Below the pieces are notes generated by a model. That model made no database searches and was not told where the DNA came from. It was given only the letters and a program-made list of their open reading frames with translations. The translations under genes and the position numbers were made by a program. A stretch of DNA of 55,154 nucleotides, from NCBI GenBank assembly GCA_044345955.1, contig JBIJAD010000001.1, forward strand, positions 1 to 55,154, given 5' to 3'. Position 1 is the first letter of the stretch. Every line of letters begins with the position of its first letter. This DNA comes from Lysobacteraceae bacterium. Its GTDB lineage: Bacteria > Pseudomonadota > Gammaproteobacteria > Xanthomonadales > Xanthomonadaceae. This document shows positions 36,301-45,200 of this stretch, in pieces.

Positions 36301-39119
36301 TTCGGCAGCGCCACAGGAATCGGCTGCGCCCCGCCCAGCACGCAGGCCCAGAACGCGGTCAGCAACTGACGGTTGCTGGCGAACTGCAGCAGCACGCGCT
36401 GGCCGGGACGCAGACCGGCGGCACGCAGGCCGGCGAGCGCGCGCGCGGCCGCGTCGAGCAGATCGACGTAGCGTTGGGTCGGGCCCTCGCCGCTGGCGTC
36501 GTCGAGATAGGTGATACCGTGCTCGCCATGGGCCTGCGCCGCACGGCGCAGGACGTCGACCAGCGAGAAGGCGGCATGCGGCGTCCGCAGCGCCTCGCCG
36601 ACGGCCAGCGCGGGCGTACCGTCGGCGGCGGTCGTGGCGACGGTCTGCGCACGCGGCACGGGCCGCACGATGGCGAGCGGCGGCGGCGCCGGCGGCTCGC
36701 TCCAGACCGGCTCCAATTGCGCGGGCGCGCAATCGAGCGCGCGCGCGACGGTGTCCAGGGTGTCGGCATCGAGCACCGGCAGCGCGGCCAGCGCCTCCAG
36801 GTCGAGGCGACCGTCGCGCAGGCGCGGCAGACGGCTGACGCAGACCGTGCGGACCAGCGGCGCGAGCACGCCGCCGTGTTCGCGCACCAGCGACTCGAAT
36901 GCACGCGGCGGCAACCTGTGCGCGGGGACGACATGGCCGACCAGACGCCACACGCCGTCGCGATCCTGACGCGGCACGACCGCTGCAGCGGCCACGCCCG
37001 GCAACCGCTGCAGGGCGTCCTCGATCGCGTCCGTGTCCAGCATGCAGCCTTCGACCCAGCCGTGGCGCGCGACGAACCCGTCGACGCACAGGCCCGCGGC
37101 GGTGAGGCGGCCGCGCAGACCGGTGGCGTGCGCCACATCGTCGATGATCAGGCGCAGTTCTCCCGTCGCTTCCGACGGCAGCGCCTCGCCCTGCGCATTG
37201 ACACAGGCGAAAGCGCCGCGGTGACGGACGATGTCGGAGTCGGCATCGACGCGGCGTAGCAGACACGGGCCGTCGGAAGCGGGGATGCCCCAGCATTGCC
37301 AGAGCGCCGGACCGGCGACCGCGGCGGGGCGCGCCGGATCGTCGCCGTGCAGCAGCACGCCGCGGCAGCCTTCGAGCAGGCCGGGGTCGCGCATCGCCGA
37401 GATCTGGACCTGCCGCCACTCGTGCGGCGCCAGCGCCAGCATCGTGGGCGCGTGCCTGCGCAATGCGTCCGGGTCGATCTGCGCCTGCGCGGACGCGGCG
37501 CCGGCCGCGTGCGCCCAGCCGGCGAGCGCGCGCAGCGTGTCTTCCGCCAGCGTCGCGGACGACAGCACGCGATCGTCGGCCTCCAGCGGCAGGTACTCGG
37601 AGAGGAAAGCGGCCGCGTCCTGCGCCGGCGCCACGGCCGGCGCTGCGGCCAACCCGGCCTGCAGGGCGTCGATGCGCACGTCCGGATCGGCGACGACCCG
37701 TTCCAGCACCTCCACGAAGGCGGTCTGCAGGCGCCGGATCATCGCGGCCGGATACAGCGCGGTACGCCAGGTCAGCACCGCATGGTTGTCGTCGGGGCCG
37801 AGAAAGAACTCGAAGATCAGATCGAATTCGCTCGCCCGCCGCGGCAGGTGCACGGGCCGCACCGACAGCCCCGGCAGCACCAGTTCGCTGCTGTCGGTCG
37901 ACTGCAGCGCGAACAGCACCTGGAACAGCGGCGGATGCGCGGCCGAACGCTCCGGCCGCAACGCATCGACCACCTGTTCGAACGGCAGATCCTGATGCGA
38001 GAACGCGTCCAGCGCGGCGCGACGGACCTGCTGCAGGTAGTCGCGGAACGGGCCGGGCCGGACCTGCGAGCGCAACACCACGGTGTTCGAGAACAGGCCG
38101 ACCACCGGGTCGAAGCGCGCCTCGCGGCGGTTCGCCACCGGCGTGCCGAAACTCAGGTCGTCGCTGCCGGACAGCCGCGCCAGCACTACCTTGAAGGCGG
38201 CGGCCAGGACCATGAAGGCGCTGGCCTGTTCGGCCTGCGCCAGGGCATGCACACGCGCGCACAGCGCGGCCGACAGGCTCAGGATCGCCGAATCGGCGGA
38301 CAGGTCGCGTGCGGCCTCCCGCGGCTGCAGGGTCGGCATCGGCCAGCAGGCCGGCGCGCCGTCGAGCGCCGCGGTCCAGTACGCGAGCTGGCGCGGACCG
38401 GCGCTGCGCAGCCAGTCGCGCTGCCAGGCGACGTAATCGCGGTACTGCACTGTCGCGGCCTGCACAGGTGCGGCCGCCGCCGGCGCGGAGCGAGCGGCCA
38501 GCGCATCGGCGTAGGCCTGGCTCAGCTCGCGCTCGATCAGACGCAACGACCAGCCATCGGCGAGGATGTGATGGATCACCGCGATGATGAGGTGTTCGTC
38601 GGCGCCGAGCGCCACGGTCGCGACCCGCAGCAGCGGGCCGCGGGCAAGATCGAATTCCACCGCCACGTGCGCGTCGATCGCGCGCCGCAGCCGGTCGTCG
38701 AAGTCCTGCGCCGGATCGGCGTCGAAGGCGGCGCGTTCGACCGTGATGCCGGCTTCGGACGCGATCCGCGCGCGCGGTTCGCCGTCGACCTCTTCGAACG
38801 TGGTGCGCAGCACTTCGTGCCGGCGCACGAGCGCGTTGATCGCATGCTGCAGCGCGTCCACGTCCAGCGCGCCGCGCACGCGCAGCACCGAAGCGATGTT
38901 GTAGGCGCTGGCGCTGCCCTCGATCTTCTCGAACAGCCACATCCGCTGCTGCGCCGGCGAAAGCGGACCGGGTTCCTGTGGCGCTTCCTGCGCAGACGCC
39001 GGCGCGGCGGACGCCGCGGACGCGGGCGTCGCGGGCGCGGACGCCAGGCCGAGCTTCGCCATCAGCGCATCGCGCTGCCGGGGGGACAGGGCCGCCAGTT
39101 TTCGCTGCAGGTCGTTCAC
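30303..39119 (-). CDS. Depsipeptide NRPS: C-A*(degenerate)-A(alpha-keto acid)-KR-T-E-C, 2938 aa
   Basis: GTG at 39119 after AGAGAG; C HHILADG; A motifs TSGSTGLPK, WMPLDHVGG (Asp235 replaced by Val), AWGMSET, PRTSIGK; KR TGGLGGIG, HAKG, S...YAAAN; T GGDSI; E HHLVIDGVSW, EGHGR, RTVGWFT; terminal C HHCVSDG. Confidence 0.94.
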   Translation of the reverse strand: MNDLQRKLAALSPRQRDALMAKLGLASAPATPASAASAAPASAQEAPQEPGPLSPAQQRMWLFEKIEGSASAYNIASVLRVRGALDVDALQHAINALVRRHEVLRTTFEEVDGEPRARIASEAGITVERAAFDADPAQDFDDRLRRAIDAHVAVEFDLARGPLLRVATVALGADEHLIIAVIHHILADGWSLRLIERELSQAYADALAARSAPAAAAPVQAATVQYRDYVAWQRDWLRSAGPRQLAYWTAALDGAPACWPMPTLQPREAARDLSADSAILSLSAALCARVHALAQAEQASAFMVLAAAFKVVLARLSGSDDLSFGTPVANRREARFDPVVGLFSNTVVLRSQVRPGPFRDYLQQVRRAALDAFSHQDLPFEQVVDALRPERSAAHPPLFQVLFALQSTDSSELVLPGLSVRPVHLPRRASEFDLIFEFFLGPDDNHAVLTWRTALYPAAMIRRLQTAFVEVLERVVADPDVRIDALQAGLAAAPAVAPAQDAAAFLSEYLPLEADDRVLSSATLAEDTLRALAGWAHAAGAASAQAQIDPDALRRHAPTMLALAPHEWRQVQISAMRDPGLLEGCRGVLLHGDDPARPAAVAGPALWQCWGIPASDGPCLLRRVDADSDIVRHRGAFACVNAQGEALPSEATGELRLIIDDVAHATGLRGRLTAAGLCVDGFVARHGWVEGCMLDTDAIEDALQRLPGVAAAAVVPRQDRDGVWRLVGHVVPAHRLPPRAFESLVREHGGVLAPLVRTVCVSRLPRLRDGRLDLEALAALPVLDADTLDTVARALDCAPAQLEPVWSEPPAPPPLAIVRPVPRAQTVATTAADGTPALAVGEALRTPHAAFSLVDVLRRAAQAHGEHGITYLDDASGEGPTQRYVDLLDAAARALAGLRAAGLRPGQRVLLQFASNRQLLTAFWACVLGGAQPIPVALPKTADAQDKDLTKITNAWPALDVAWVLTSRDHDAETARLAQALGLSALPALAIEALLEHAPAGDWHSPDPDDVALLLLTSGSTGLPKAVRQSHRALVSRSAATAQRFGFDHRMVSLNWMPLDHVGGLVMYHLLDVYLGARQFHCATQVVLEQPLRWIEWMSRYRVTNTWAPNFAYAVVNELLAQAGPQDWDLRELDFILNGGESIVPRTARAFLRALAPYGLRPNAMKPAWGMSETCSGVTFNDRFDLDNSADEDSFVVVGAPIPGVSIRIVDAHDRPVAEGCDGRLQLSGPSVTSGYHNNPEATRDAFTTDGWYITGDLAVLRDGQLTITGREKDLIIVNGLNYYGHEIEQVVESVPDVLEAHVAACGVRRRGDNTDRLAVFYCAHERARDNESLRARIARAVLARIGIPVSYLIEMTAEELPRTSIGKIQRPQLAQRFNQGEFDARLAARDGDGLPAWFFEPTWRPLPATGRAVRETGVVLIAGDGAEIAELAAELAARFARAVVVRRGASLRREGEDAFVADTHRPEQLAQVLRTLQQEDARHWRLVLQVAGGGQAGLDALHARWTDVQTQTLSALLAVTQAVIEASDHVAAHFAALDVISERAFALRPGESSDPALGALPGLLRSIAQELPALRCRQIDLDSRTPAMAARAAAEIAALSEHDTVALRDGRRHVRGLRVATTATPTPSVLEDDGLCVVTGGLGGIGQALCEWLLRHSGQHLLVLGRSAPDADPERQPAHARLRATWGARFAYAVQDVCDLEGLQRLLRTHEQTLGLPLRRVWHLAGSLHERTLAEETPAGLLQALHAKGLGALVLHVSLRARPEVEIVHFGSVNGFFGGVGVAGYAAANSLLDALTAHRRAEGGACRCVHWSMWDEIGMSRGYGRQALVAARGYALLDRERGLDSLLPALAAAGGTALVGLEPGNPNTARHLDGAPIGYWRLRPDAAHAAAPPELRDAFGARLAWASDAGAATSATAADAGAMSPLEQQLAAIWQDVLRTPTVGPQANFFELGGDSIMAIQVVARANKAGIAIAPRAVFECQTLRELAQSAGEAGADDADAPLRLGEVPLGPVQRWFFDQTLEDPAHMNQSALLRLRERVEPALLGQALAALTRQHEQLRARFPGDGDALRQVLIEDTEVPLDVVALEDADPADRARALAAHCDRLQAGLDLARGPLVRAGYFLGPDAGDDRLLLVVHHLVIDGVSWRILLDDLENALEQLQRGQAPRLGRRGCAYGEWAAQAVRAAQQLDPATIEHWQRTCAEPTALPAPDRDVPDLRGDETSLEVSLAPQVAQALLQRLPSAWNLGINDLLLAALHQAWQQWSGSPRLLLTLEGHGRGAAAAELDLSRTVGWFTAIYPVALDCDAAAPLQTRARRMQTCLAQVPGEGASWLALRHGGDPAARAALAGCHVPRISFNYLGRFDVDDGRLLAFAGESPGAQISPRQQRLHEIDVVGAVVEDTLRFSFVFSGARYARERIQPFAQAFADALHALAHEAEAPGTRLGSGVDADALRAALRGRGIAPERVEAALRTTPTQTGLIYESEVSGVEGTYVSQLVNELVGPLDTAALRQAWQDVVQRHGVYRSAFLPSRQGHYLQVVLDAVALPWTALDWSDLPVEVQERRFEDLLAQDGARSFVLARAPALRLHLIRMAPDRHRMLISEHHCVSDGWSRGLVLAEVAALYRQHALGRDAALPVPVSFERHVAWLERFDRAAAGRYWREHLHGASPMPAYAGQRTASDDRRAPGTARSSVRLPAAATAALVQAARARRVMLGALVQAAWALTMAAWTGRSDVNFLTTHAGRPPALEGVERIVGPMICTVPVRVDLGAQGSLLDAARRFQSLQADRNEQGYLPLAEACAGFAPDATRAKFDTLFVFENFPLTVPEAKPGELQVAWVRSLDRSDLPLSIMAVPGEALEVVFYYRDDLFDEATIDAIAASFLRVLTLAAQQPEASPDPAVWLDADTRSHIARGLAEREAQAAMRVERSEPASTCTTF

Positions 39120-39144
39120 GTCGGGACTCTCTCTGTGGTGCGGA

Positions 39145-42100
39145 TCACAGCTCGGCCAACAGCCGTTCCAGCTCTTCCGGATCGGTCTGCGCCAGACGCC
39201 GTTCGAACAGCGCGTCGGCCACACCCGCGATCGTAGGCTGGGCGAAGATCGTCTCCACCGGCAGTTCCACGCCGGTGATTTCGTGCAGTCGCGACATCAC
39301 CCGCGTGGCGAGCAGCGACTGTCCACCCAGCGCGAAGAAGCTGTCGTGCAGGCCGATGCCGCGCACGCCCAGCAGTTCCTCCCAGACCGCGGCGACGACG
39401 CGCTGGTTTTCGTCGAACCGGTTTTCGTCGGACCGGTTTTCGTTGGACTGGTTTTCGTCGAGTCGGTTTAGGCCCAGCGTTCCGGGAGCGTCGGCGACCG
39501 CAACAGCCGCCGCGACCGTCGCGGCCGGCGCGTCGGCGACCTCGGGCGGATCGACCCAGCAGCGGCGGCGCTGGAACGGATACAGCGGCATCTGCACCCG
39601 ACGGCCCGGGCGATCGGCGTAGAACGCCGACCACGGCAACTCCGCGCCGCGCGCCCACAGTCCGCCCAGCGCACGCAGCGCAGCGGTGACGCCGTCGGTC
39701 GGGTCGGCGTGCGCCGGCGTCGCCGACAGCACCGCGGCGCGCGTGTCGCCGAGATTGGCCATCACCAGACCCGCGGCGGCCGTGGCCGGACCCAGATCGA
39801 TGAAGACATCGACCGGTTGGCCCAGCGCGGTCTGCACGACATCGGCGAAACGCACCGGCCGGCGCATCTGTTCGACCCAGTAGGCTGGCGTGGCGAGCCG
39901 CGCCGGATCGGCGAGCGCGCCGGTGAGGCAGGAGATGACTGGCAAGGTCGGCGCGGTCATGCGCACGCCGGCGAAGGCTGCGGCGCAACGTTCCAGGATC
40001 GGCTCCAGCATGGACGAATGGAAAGCGTGCGAGGTGCGCAGGATCCGGCCGTCGTGGCCCTGCGCGCGGGCCGCGGCCAGACAGGCGTCGATCGCCGCGT
40101 GCGGACCGGACACCACCGTCGCCGCGGGGCCGTTGGCCGCGGCGATCTCGGCACCGGTACAGGCCGGATCGAGCAGCAACGCCCGCGTCTGCGCCTCGGA
40201 CAACGAGAGCGCGGCCATCGCCCCGGTCGGCAGCGCGTCCATCAGACGGGCGCGCGCGACCACCATCGACAGCGCATCCTCCAGCGTGAATACGCCGGCG
40301 ATGCAGGCGGCGACGTATTCGCCCAGGCTGTGACCCAGCAGCAGATCGGGCTGCACGCCCCAGCGCTGCCACAGCCGCGCCATCGCGTAGCTCGCGACGA
40401 AGATCGCCGGCTGCGCGAGCGCGGTGCGATCCAGCGCGTCGGCCGCGGCGCTGCGGTCCAGCAGCAGCGGTCGCAGGTCGAGGCCGGCCGCGCGCTGCAC
40501 GATCGCGCAGCAGGCGTCGATCGCCTCGCGGTACACCGGATGGGCGCGATACAGATCGGCGACCATGCCCGGCTGCTGCACGCCCTGCCCCGGGAAGACG
40601 AACGCCACGCGCAGGCGGCGGCCGTCGCCGTTCATGACCGTCGCACCGGCGAAGGCGGACCGATCCAGCAGTGCCGCGGCCTGCGCGGCGGAATCGGCGA
40701 CCAGGTAACGACGTTCGGCGAAATGCTCGCGGCCGCAGGCCAGGGTGTAGGCGGCATCGGCCAGCGCGGGCGCGCCATCGTCGCCCAACCGCGCCTGCAG
40801 ACGCGCGGTCGCACGCGCCAGCGTCTCGGCATTGCGCGCCGACCACAGCAGCAACTGCGGGCCGTCGTCCACGGTCGGCGCGACCGGCGGCGCCTCCTCC
40901 AGGATCACGTGCGCATTGGTACCGCCCAGACCGAAGGAACTGACCCCGGCGCGGCGCGGCACTTCGGTCTGCGGCCACGGCCGCAGTCGCGTATTCACTT
41001 CGAAACCGCCGCCGGCGAAGTCGATCGCCGGATTGGGCACGGCGAAATGCAGGCTCGGCGGCAGTTGGCGGTGACGCAGCGCCTGCACGGTCTTGATCAG
41101 TCCGGCGACGCCGGCCGCCGATTCGAGATGACCGATGTTGCCCTTGGCCGAACCGATCGCGCACGGGGCGCGGCCCGGAGCGCGGGCGAACGCTTCCGAC
41201 AGCGCGGCGATCTCGATCGGATCGCCCAGGCGGGTGCCGGTGCCGTGCGCCTCGACGTAACCGATCGATTCCGGCGGCACTTCGGCGAAGGCCAGCGCCT
41301 GACGGATCACGTCGCGCTGACGGTTCACGCTGGGCGCGGTGAAGCCGACCTTGGCCGAGCCGTCGTTGTTGGTGGCGGCGCCGCGGATCACCGCGAGCAC
41401 ATCGTCGCGGTCGCGCAGGGCGTCCTCCAGGCGCTTGAGCACGACCATGCCCACGCCGCTGCCGAATACGGTGCCATTGGCCTGCGCATCGAACGGACGG
41501 CAATGCCCGTCGGAGGAATTGATGCTGCCCGGTTCGTAGAGGTAGCCGCAATCGGTGGCGTTGACCTTGGCGCCGCCGGCCAGGGCCATGTCGCATTCGA
41601 ACGAGATCAGGCTGCGATACGCCATCGTCACCGCGACCAGACCCGACGAGCAGGCGGTGTCGACGCTCACGCACTGGCCGGTCAGGTTCAGTTTGTAGGC
41701 GATCCGGGACGTGGCGTAGCACTTGTCGTTGCCCAGCAGGAGCTGGTGCATGCCCAGCGTGCGCAGCAGATCGGTCCGCGGCAGCAGGTTGTGCAGCAGG
41801 TAGGTGTTGAGGCCGACGCCGGCGTAGATCGCGATCGCGCCGGGATGACGGCCGGCGACGTAACCGGCGCTCTGCAGCGCTTCGGCCGCCGTCTCCAGCA
41901 GCACGCGATGCTGCGGATCGGTGATCTCGGCCTCGCGCGGGGTCATGTCGAAGAACTCGGGATCGAAATCTTCCGCCTGTGGCAGGCGCGCGCCCGCGGC
42001 GACGTAGGCGGGATGCCGGCGCAGTTCCTCCGGCACGCCGGCGGCGATCAGCGCCGCCTCGTCGAAGTGCCGGATCGACTCCACGCCCGCGGCCAGATTG

Positions 42101-42201
42101 GCCCAGAACGCATCGACATCGGCCGCGCCCGGAAAGCGCCCGGCCATGCCGATGATGGCCACGCTCTGGAACGGCGCTTCTTCGTCCATCGTCAGGCTCA
42201 C
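39145..42201 (-). CDS. Type I cis-AT PKS minimal module KS-AT(malonyl)-ACP, 1018 aa
   Basis: GTG start in a GTGA overlap; KS DTACSS, HGTGT, IGHL; AT GHSLG and HAFH; ACP GGQSL; no KR, DH or ER. Confidence 0.96.
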   Translation of the reverse strand: MSLTMDEEAPFQSVAIIGMAGRFPGAADVDAFWANLAAGVESIRHFDEAALIAAGVPEELRRHPAYVAAGARLPQAEDFDPEFFDMTPREAEITDPQHRVLLETAAEALQSAGYVAGRHPGAIAIYAGVGLNTYLLHNLLPRTDLLRTLGMHQLLLGNDKCYATSRIAYKLNLTGQCVSVDTACSSGLVAVTMAYRSLISFECDMALAGGAKVNATDCGYLYEPGSINSSDGHCRPFDAQANGTVFGSGVGMVVLKRLEDALRDRDDVLAVIRGAATNNDGSAKVGFTAPSVNRQRDVIRQALAFAEVPPESIGYVEAHGTGTRLGDPIEIAALSEAFARAPGRAPCAIGSAKGNIGHLESAAGVAGLIKTVQALRHRQLPPSLHFAVPNPAIDFAGGGFEVNTRLRPWPQTEVPRRAGVSSFGLGGTNAHVILEEAPPVAPTVDDGPQLLLWSARNAETLARATARLQARLGDDGAPALADAAYTLACGREHFAERRYLVADSAAQAAALLDRSAFAGATVMNGDGRRLRVAFVFPGQGVQQPGMVADLYRAHPVYREAIDACCAIVQRAAGLDLRPLLLDRSAAADALDRTALAQPAIFVASYAMARLWQRWGVQPDLLLGHSLGEYVAACIAGVFTLEDALSMVVARARLMDALPTGAMAALSLSEAQTRALLLDPACTGAEIAAANGPAATVVSGPHAAIDACLAAARAQGHDGRILRTSHAFHSSMLEPILERCAAAFAGVRMTAPTLPVISCLTGALADPARLATPAYWVEQMRRPVRFADVVQTALGQPVDVFIDLGPATAAAGLVMANLGDTRAAVLSATPAHADPTDGVTAALRALGGLWARGAELPWSAFYADRPGRRVQMPLYPFQRRRCWVDPPEVADAPAATVAAAVAVADAPGTLGLNRLDENQSNENRSDENRFDENQRVVAAVWEELLGVRGIGLHDSFFALGGQSLLATRVMSRLHEITGVELPVETIFAQPTIAGVADALFERRLAQTDPEELERLLAEL
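39403..39469. repeat. In-frame 15-bp tandem repeat, about 4.5 copies (c[ct]ggttttcgt[ct]g[ga]a)
   Basis: ctggttttcgtcgaa / ccggttttcgtcgga / ccggttttcgttgga / ctggttttcgtcgag / tcggttt; encodes NRLDENQSNENRSDENRFDENQ. Confidence 0.9.
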
Positions 42202-45200
42202 GAGTCGGCTCCGTTCATCGCCAACTGGCGCTGACGCTGCATCGCGGCCTTGCGGCGGTCGACCTGCGCCGCCTCATTCGCGGCTGCGGCAGCGGCAGCG
42301 GGCGCGGACTCGGCGGCGGCGGGCGTCTCCGCCAGATATGCGGCGAGCGCGGCGATCTTCGGATAGCGGAACAGGTCGACCACGGAGATCCGTTCGCCGT
42401 ACAGCGCCTTGAGCTGCTTGTGCATGCGCACGATCAGCACCGAGTCGCCGCCGAGTTCGAAGAAATTGTCTTCCACGCCGATCTCGGCCACACCCAGCGC
42501 TTCCTGCCAGATCCTCAGCAACTGGCCTTCGACCTCGTTGCGCGGCGGCACCACGCTGCGCACCGGCTTCTCGGCCTCGACCACTTCCGACAGCGCGCGG
42601 CGATCGACCTTTCCGTTCGCGGTGAGCGGCAGCTTGTCCAGGCGCACGAACGCCGCCGGCACCATGTACTCGGGCACCATCGTGCGCAGACGTTCGCGCA
42701 GGGCGTCGTTGTCGACCGCAGCGGCCGGCCCGCGCGCCGGCGGACGCGCACCCCAGTTGTCGAGCTGTTCCTGGGACACGCTGCCGCCGACCAGGCTGTG
42801 GACGATCATCTGGCTGGACTGCAGGCCGAGCAGGCGCGGCAGGTCGTCGCCGAGGTAACCGATCGGGCACAGGCCCACGCGCTGCGCGGGCGAGCACTCC
42901 ATCAGCAACTGCGCCATGTAGCCGGCTTCCACGTGCAGGAAGCGATCGCCGGTCTCCTCGCCGTACACCGGCACGATCGCGTTGCGTTCGCCGACGAAGA
43001 ACAGCGAGAACGCGGCGCGATCGAACACCAGCGGATTCTCGCCGACGCCGTACTGCGCGACGGTCAGCGGCTCCTCGCCGGCCAGCCGCACCAGCGCGTG
43101 CTGTTCGGGCTGGTAGTAGTAATAGCCGCCCTCCAGGCCTTCGATCCGGCCCGGCTTGACGTACAGGTACACCTGCACCGCATGCAGGCTGCCGGCAGAG
43201 GCGTAGCGATACTTGGGCAGCGGCATGTCCTCGTTCTGCAGTTCCGACAGGTTCTGCAGGACCTCGGCCAGACGCCCCAGGGTGAGGGTATCGCCCAGGT
43301 ACTCGCGGAAGCTGCGGCGCAGGCGCCACGCGGCGGCATCCCGCGCCGTCGCCGGCAGCGGCAGCATGGTTTCGCCGTCGCGGGTGCGGCGCAGACCCGG
43401 CTTGGTCAGCTTGAATTCGACCAGTTGCGCCTGGATGGGATCGACGGTCTCGGCCGATACCGCCGGCGCCTCCGCGGTCGCTGCGTCCGGCGCCGCACCG
43501 TGCCCGACCAGATAGGCGACCAGACGGCTCCTGTTCTTGCGGCCCGGTTCCTGCGCGGCGACGACCACGACCTCCTTGAACTCGCCGCACTGCTTCAGCG
43601 CGGCTTCGACCTCGCCCAGCTCGACACGATAGCCGTTGACCTTGACCTGGAAGTCGTTGCGTCCGAGGAATTCGATGTCGCCCGACGGCGTGTAGCGGCC
43701 CAGGTCGCCCGACTTGTACAGACGCTGGCCGGTCACCGGATGGTGCACGAACAGCGCATCGGTCTTTTCGCGGTCGCCCAGATAGCCCAGCGCCAGCCCG
43801 TCGCCGGCGACGTACAGCTCGCCCGGCACCCAGATCGGACACGTGCGACGACGTTCGTCGAGAATGTGGATCTGCTGGTTTTCCAGCGGTTTGCCGTAGG
43901 GGATGCTGTCCTTGCGCCAGTCTTCCGGCTGGACCGGGTGGCAGGCCGACCAGATCGAGCATTCGGTCGGACCGCCGGCGCCCAGCACCGCCGTCTGCGG
44001 CCACAGCGCGGCCATGCGTTCGGGCAGCGCCGGCGGGATCCAGTCGCCGCTGAGCACCACCGCCCGCAGCGCCGGGTCCAGCACCACGCCGGTATCGGCG
44101 CAGTGATCGACCAGGATCTGCATCAGCGCCGGCACCGAGTTCCACACGCTGATCCGGTGCGTCTGCACCAGCTCGCTCCAGCGCGCCGGGTCGCGCAGAT
44201 CCTGCGGACGCGGCATCACCAGCGCGGCGCCGCGGCAGAGGGTGCCGAAGATGTCGTACACCGACAGGTCGAAGTTCAGCGCCGACAGCGCGAAAACCCG
44301 ATCTTCGGCGCTCAGCGCCAGACGACGGTTGATGTCGGCCACGGTGTTGGCCGCGCCGCGATGCGGCACCATCACGCCCTTGGGCTTGCCGGTCGAACCG
44401 GAGGTGTAGATCACGTAGGCCAGATCGTCCAGCGACTGCACCGGCTCCAGCAGCGGCGCACCCGCAGGCGCCAGCGCCGCGGTCTGCACGTCCAGCAGCC
44501 GGCAGTGCGGCGCCAGCGCGGCCAGACGCGGCAGGTGCGCGGCCGCACTGGCCACCACCTTCACGCCGCTGCTTTCCAGCAGGTAGGCCACGCGTTCGTC
44601 CGGCAACGCGGGATCGACCGGCAGATAGGCGCCGCCTGCGGTAAGGATGCCCATCACCGCGACGATCTGCTCCCAGCCCTTTTCAAGGAAGATCGCGACC
44701 AGCCCGGCGCGGTCGACCCCGGCCTCGCGCAGCTCAGCGCCCAGCCCTTGCGCGCGACGCAGCAGTTCTTCGTAGCTGAGCGTGCGACCGTCGGCGATCA
44801 GCGCCGTCAACTGCGGCGTCGCCAGCGCCTGCCGCTCGAACTGGCGATGCAGCAGGTCGATGCCGTTGTCGACCGCGGTGGCGTTGACCCGATCGAACAG
44901 CGCCGCGTGGTGCGCCGGCAGCAATTGCTCGCCGATGTCGGCCTGCCACAGCGCGTCCTCGTCCACCAGGCGCTCGATCAGCGCGCAGTAAGTGTCGAAC
45001 ATGTCCTGGATCATGCCCTCCGGGAACAGCGCGTCGACCGCGTCCCAGTTGAATCGCAACTGGCCCTTCCATTCCATCACCTGATGGTCGAGCCAGACCT
45101 GCGAGGTCTGGCTGACGCCGAACACTTCCTCGCCGAGCTCGTCCAGCTCGTCGCTCTCGTGCTCCAGGGTGCGCACGCCGAGGGTGCTGGTGAACACGAT

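Noticed and set aside
34990-36560. Fatty acyl-AMP ligase interpretation of the atypical A domain
   Set aside because: It is internal, follows C-A* and is fused to KR-T, which is the keto-acid depsipeptide layout.
12127-38940. Long alternative-frame minus-strand ORFs (12127-18141, 30199-38940) and N-terminal extensions such as 22637, 39224, 54708, 8781, 10971 and 2688
   Set aside because: Arg/Ala/Gly-rich off-frame translations. The real starts are marked by RBS, stop/start overlaps and docking or signal sequences, so no frameshift is needed.
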